Shown here in pieces: positions 60,436 to 64,000 of a stretch of DNA of 64,000 nt (position 1 is the first letter of the stretch; each line of letters starts with the position of its first letter). The notes below the pieces were generated by a model. That model did not search any database. It saw only the letters and a program-made list of their open reading frames with translations, and was not told the origin of the DNA. A program made the position numbers and the translations under genes. This DNA is from a bacterium (GTDB lineage: Bacteria; Patescibacteriota; 4484-211; GCA-002791395). The stretch covers positions 205 through 64,204 of the forward strand of contig JALWZS010000021.1 of the NCBI GenBank assembly GCA_027002475.1, read 5' to 3'.

Positions 60436-61683
60436 TCAAGTCCTATGTTGATGTTTAGAAATCAACTCCTTTACAAATTTAAACATCGACCCACTAGATA
60501 CCATTTGTTGACTAGCCAATTCCCAGTCAAATGGTTGTCTCACATACCGCCTAGTATCAAGAGGACGTCCTTTCAACTTCATATTCTCTAGACCTAACTC
60601 TTCGCCGTAATAAATAACGGGTACTCCAGGAGTAGAAAAAAGGAGTTCAAAAGCACGACGAAATTTTTCTTCATCTCCTTGCACGGCAGTCATTAATCTG
60701 ACCGCTGCCCCATCATCTCTAAATCTATATCTTCCTGTGGGGTCGATCGTATCAAGCAAAGTCTCAAGTTGTTTTTTAGATAAATGCGGAGCACTCACCT
60801 CATCATGGTTAATTAAAACGGTCGCCCAATTTGTTCCTTTAGGTAGAGCCGCAAAAGTCTCATTCACCTTTTGTTCATACAAAGAATAATCACCACTAGC
60901 TAACCCATAAAACAAATACTCACGCAGGCTAAAATTAAAGACCAAGTCAAACTCATCACCACTACCAAAATACTCTTTTTGCTCACTAAACGTACCCGAT
61001 GCTTCAGCAAGAAGTATCGTGCCTGGATATTCTTTATCAATCCACCTTCTAAAACGTTTCATTATCTTGTGTACACCTGGCCTATTTTTACAGTTGGTTC
61101 CTTCCTCTTTTACTAAATAAGGGACAGCGTCCACACGAAAACCAGAGACTCCTAAGTCTAACCAGAAACCAAGGAATTTACGCATTTCATCGAAGACTTC
61201 TTGGTTTTCCCAATTCAAATCTGCTTGCTGAGGGTAAAACGTCGCATAATAATAATCCCGTGTTTTTCCATTATAGATCCAATTACTTTTCTTTATCTGT
61301 GGGAACGCATTGACACCCTCAAGAAACTCATGCCCATCTTTACTCCAGATATAAAAATCTCTTTTAGAATTATTTTTTGAAGAACTTGCTTCCTTAAACC
61401 ACGGGTGCTCCACCGATGTATGGTTTATCACCCAATCGACAAGAACTCCTATACCAAACTCGTTGGCTTTATCAAGAAATAACTTAAAGTCGTCAATCGT
61501 CCCAAGTTCTTTTCTTACACCATAATAATCGGACACGTCGTACCCATCATCAACCATAGGCGATGGATAATGAGGTAACAACCAAATATGGGTAATACCT
61601 AAATCCCTAAGGTACGAAAGCTTTTGGGCTAAACCCTTAAAATCCCGCGCGAATTTATCAACATACAATTCGTAAATAACCAT
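60436..61683 (-). CDS. glycoside hydrolase family 13 (alpha-amylase family) enzyme
   Basis: GH13 regions LGITHIWLLP, GFRVDAVPYL (catalytic Asp) and INHDEVS. Confidence 0.8.
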   Translation of the reverse strand: MVIYELYVDKFARDFKGLAQKLSYLRDLGITHIWLLPHYPSPMVDDGYDVSDYYGVRKELGTIDDFKLFLDKANEFGIGVLVDWVINHTSVEHPWFKEASSSKNNSKRDFYIWSKDGHEFLEGVNAFPQIKKSNWIYNGKTRDYYYATFYPQQADLNWENQEVFDEMRKFLGFWLDLGVSGFRVDAVPYLVKEEGTNCKNRPGVHKIMKRFRRWIDKEYPGTILLAEASGTFSEQKEYFGSGDEFDLVFNFSLREYLFYGLASGDYSLYEQKVNETFAALPKGTNWATVLINHDEVSAPHLSKKQLETLLDTIDPTGRYRFRDDGAAVRLMTAVQGDEEKFRRAFELLFSTPGVPVIYYGEELGLENMKLKGRPLDTRRYVRQPFDWELASQQMVSSGSMFKFVKELISKHQHRT

Positions 61684-61684
61684 A

Positions 61685-62224
61685 CTACGGACTACAGGTG
61701 CAAGTACATGGAGTATCGTTAAACTCCCCCTTAACTATTCGACCATCTTCATATACCGTAATTGGAACGTAACCATACCCTGAATAACAAACCTTTACAG
61801 TTGTTGAACCTGACCAAGTATTATTTATAACTCGACCAGTAATGGTCTGGAAATCAATATCACTATTTTCATAGGATATAACAATTGGACATTGTACACT
61901 CGTTTTGCCCAACTCACTTCCAACACTAGCGTTTGCGTCGTCATAGCCCTGAATAAAATAGCTACTATAGCATCCAACGCTACCAGGATCAGAAAAAGCA
62001 AACTTATAATAGTCAATCTTATTAGCACCGGCGGTTTGGTTTTGTACTCCACTCCTAGCCATAGATTGAGATAGCTTCAGCGAAGACTCAACCTGTGCCG
62101 CTACATTACCGGCATCAGAGCGCTTTTGAAACTTTGAAAACTGCGGGATTGTAAACGCCGCTAACATGCCCATTAGAAGTGCAACAATCATAAGTTCTAT
62201 TAGTGTAAAACCTTTTTTAGTCAT
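61685..62224 (-). CDS. prepilin-type N-terminal cleavage/methylation domain protein (pilin/pseudopilin)
   Basis: [29 protein letters not shown]. Two Cys pairs near the C-terminus. Confidence 0.7.
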   Translation of the reverse strand: MTKKGFTLIELMIVALLMGMLAAFTIPQFSKFQKRSDAGNVAAQVESSLKLSQSMARSGVQNQTAGANKIDYYKFAFSDPGSVGCYSSYFIQGYDDANASVGSELGKTSVQCPIVISYENSDIDFQTITGRVINNTWSGSTTVKVCYSGYGYVPITVYEDGRIVKGEFNDTPCTCTCSP

Positions 62225-62276
62225 AAGCCGGTGTCTAAATTAATGATTGCATAAGAAGTGAACTTATACAAGTAAG

Positions 62277-63560
62277 CTAATCAAGAGTTAACATTTCCAA
62301 AACAGGCAGCTCCTTCCCTGCTAAAAAGCCTAGAGTTGCCCCACCAGCCAAACTTGCATGTGTAAACGAAGATATATCAACTACTTGTTTTGCTACAGCA
62401 ATTGTATCGCCACCACCAATAACGGTAGTTGCATCACTTTGAGCCATCGCTTTTGCTATCGCATAAGACCCACTTGCAAAGCGCTCATCTTCAAACTTCC
62501 CCATTGGACCATTCCAGAAAACGGTTTTAGAATGATAAATCAGCCTTGCAAACATCTCTTCTGTCTCTGGTCCAATATCTAAAGCCATCCAGCCCTCTGG
62601 CACAACATCATTAACCCGATAAGAACGTACTACTTTAACCTCAGAATTAGCGCTCAAACTATTACTAATACGCAAATCGATAGGATGTTGGACAGTATGC
62701 AAAGAGTAATCAGCACCAATACCGTAAAGTCTTTCCAGCTCACGGTTTTTATTTTCTCTCATTGTTTGTATTGTTCTTGCTAGCTCTACCCAATCTTTTT
62801 TCTCGCCTCGTTTTTCATCAACATACACATCTTCCATAAATGAATCCCCCATGTTTTTACCCTCTGCTTTCATAAATACATTTGCCACACCACCACCAAC
62901 CAAAAACATATCCGCTTTATCCATTAAGTTTTGAACCGCTTCAACTTTATCTGATATCTTTGCCCCGCCGATAATTACCGTAAACGGATGCTCTGGAGAT
63001 TCAATTAAACCGTTTAGCGTACGGACCTCACTTTCAAAATAGAGACCTGCATAACTTGGTAAATGTCGTAAGATGCCAGTAGTTGAAGCGTGAATACGAT
63101 GTGCTTGTGGGAAACCATCAAACACAACGACTTCGCCATTTTCCGCTAGCTCTTTAGCAAAAGCATCGTCATCCTTTTTATCTTCAGGATGAAACCTTGT
63201 ATTTTCAAGCATTACAAGCTCGCCCGGTTTCATTTTAGAGATGTAACCTCGAACTTCTGTGCCAACACAGTCATCAAGTTTTGGCACAGGTCTTAAGATT
63301 AACTCCGACAATCGCTTGGCATGAGGAGCAGTCGTTAGATTTTCGTTTACGACTCCATCTGGTCTACCAACGTAGGTAATAATTACAATTTTGGCATTTT
63401 GCTCAAGAAGGTATGTAAGAGTTGGGATTGTCGCTTCTATACGAGAATCATCGACTAAAACGCGCTCCCCGTTAACCATTTCTGTGGCAATATCGTATGG
63501 TGAACGATACAAAACGGTTTTATTTGTAAAATCGAAGTCGCGAATAGTTCTAAGTTTCAC
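62277..63560 (-). CDS. pgk: phosphoglycerate kinase (with internal insertion)
   Basis: LRTIRDFDF..VLYRSPYD, IIGGAKISDKVEAVQNLMDKADMFLVGGGVANVF and PEGWMALDIGPET. A probable GTG start at 63560. The longer ORF's N-terminal 50 codons overlap repeat copy R7 and lack homology. Confidence 0.85.
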   Translation of the reverse strand: MKLRTIRDFDFTNKTVLYRSPYDIATEMVNGERVLVDDSRIEATIPTLTYLLEQNAKIVIITYVGRPDGVVNENLTTAPHAKRLSELILRPVPKLDDCVGTEVRGYISKMKPGELVMLENTRFHPEDKKDDDAFAKELAENGEVVVFDGFPQAHRIHASTTGILRHLPSYAGLYFESEVRTLNGLIESPEHPFTVIIGGAKISDKVEAVQNLMDKADMFLVGGGVANVFMKAEGKNMGDSFMEDVYVDEKRGEKKDWVELARTIQTMRENKNRELERLYGIGADYSLHTVQHPIDLRISNSLSANSEVKVVRSYRVNDVVPEGWMALDIGPETEEMFARLIYHSKTVFWNGPMGKFEDERFASGSYAIAKAMAQSDATTVIGGGDTIAVAKQVVDISSFTHASLAGGATLGFLAGKELPVLEMLTLD

Positions 63561-63609
63561 AATGAAATGATAGCAGGGAGTCGAGTATGAGTAAACACGG
63601 TCTACATTC

Positions 63610-63705
63610 TCGTCACCGCGAGTGCTTGCAAAGCAAGTACGTGGCGATCTTTTATCAATGAGATTGCCACAGAATTTATGCAATAAATTCCTCGCAATGA
63701 CATGT
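63610..63705. repeat. composite intergenic repeat, degenerate copy R7
   Basis: cgtcaccgcgagtgcttgcaaagcaagtacgtggcgatc ... ctcgcaatgacatg. Confidence 0.55.
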
Positions 63706-63745
63706 GGCACACTGGTTGTAATAACCTAAACAACAGCTACTCAGA

Positions 63746-64000
63746 TTACACTATCTCTTTAATTGTAATTGTGTTAGTGAGACCTGGAATTTTCCAATGG
63801 TCGCCATGTACAAAAACAACCCGATTACCTTCTTCAATAATTTCATCCTTTTTAAGCAGATCTATGACAGAATCTATCTCTAGGATTTCACCTTCAGGCA
63901 ATTTCATAAGATGCGGTCGAACACCATAAACAAGTGTTAACTGGCTAAAAGTATGTGGTTTTTCTGTCACTGCATAAACAGGAATATGAGGTCTAAATCG
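63746..64000 (-). CDS. pyk: pyruvate kinase, C-terminal portion (gene continues beyond window)
   Basis: LTLVYGVRPHLM..EEGNRVVFVHGDHWKIPGLTNTITIKEI aligns to the PK C-terminal [38 protein letters not shown]. Confidence 0.6.
   Translation of the reverse strand, partial: RFRPHIPVYAVTEKPHTFSQLTLVYGVRPHLMKLPEGEILEIDSVIDLLKKDEIIEEGNRVVFVHGDHWKIPGLTNTITIKEIV

Overview
This is an AT-rich (about 38% GC by eye) bacterial chromosomal segment with densely packed small genes on both strands. Gene content points to a reduced-genome, Patescibacteria/CPR-like organism; that is an inference from content, not a taxonomic search. It shows many secreted or surface proteins with Pro/Thr-rich linkers, several prepilin-type (type IV pilin-like) proteins, a membrane-anchored serpin, DUF5667-like proteins, and few biosynthetic genes.

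Recognisable housekeeping genes are a partial tsaB-like gene, an SDR epimerase-like gene, ychF, trxB/trxA, tgt, mgtE, capA-like, dedA-like, a SulP transporter, a dnaQ-like exonuclease, an M29-like aminopeptidase, dus, phosphohexomutase, an IMPase, gltX, a YhaM-like HD protein, a Ca-type P-type ATPase, the dnaG-rpoD-nfo operon, greA, a GH13 hydrolase, pgk and a partial pyk. There are two paralogous tRNA-Gln genes (UUG on the plus strand, CUG on the minus strand).

The most unusual part is a 2.9 kb region without convincing protein genes (about 14.9-17.8 kb). It holds:
- a perfect consensus sigma70-type promoter driving a short terminated transcript (candidate sRNA);
- an aberrant, expanded tRNA-Lys-like gene;
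- a strong minus-strand intrinsic terminator;
- a roughly 2 kb GC-elevated island full of GNRA-capped hairpins and A-rich loops;
- one well-initiated 151-aa ORF of unknown function;
- a clear homolog of the 23S rRNA GTPase-associated centre (helices 42-44), with flanking domain-II-like sequence but none of the other 23S core motifs.

A composite intergenic repeat family (heptad AGAGTTn arms around GC-rich palindromic cores) occurs at least 7 times in the window. It generated several spurious ORFs. A second hairpin-containing repeat occurs twice.

A TasA-like / SipW module includes a SipW signal peptidase fused to an internal signal peptide, a TasA-like domain and an LPETG sorting signal. An SDR epimerase homolog has lost its catalytic Tyr and Lys. 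No CRISPR array, integrase, transposase or recognisable defense system was seen.
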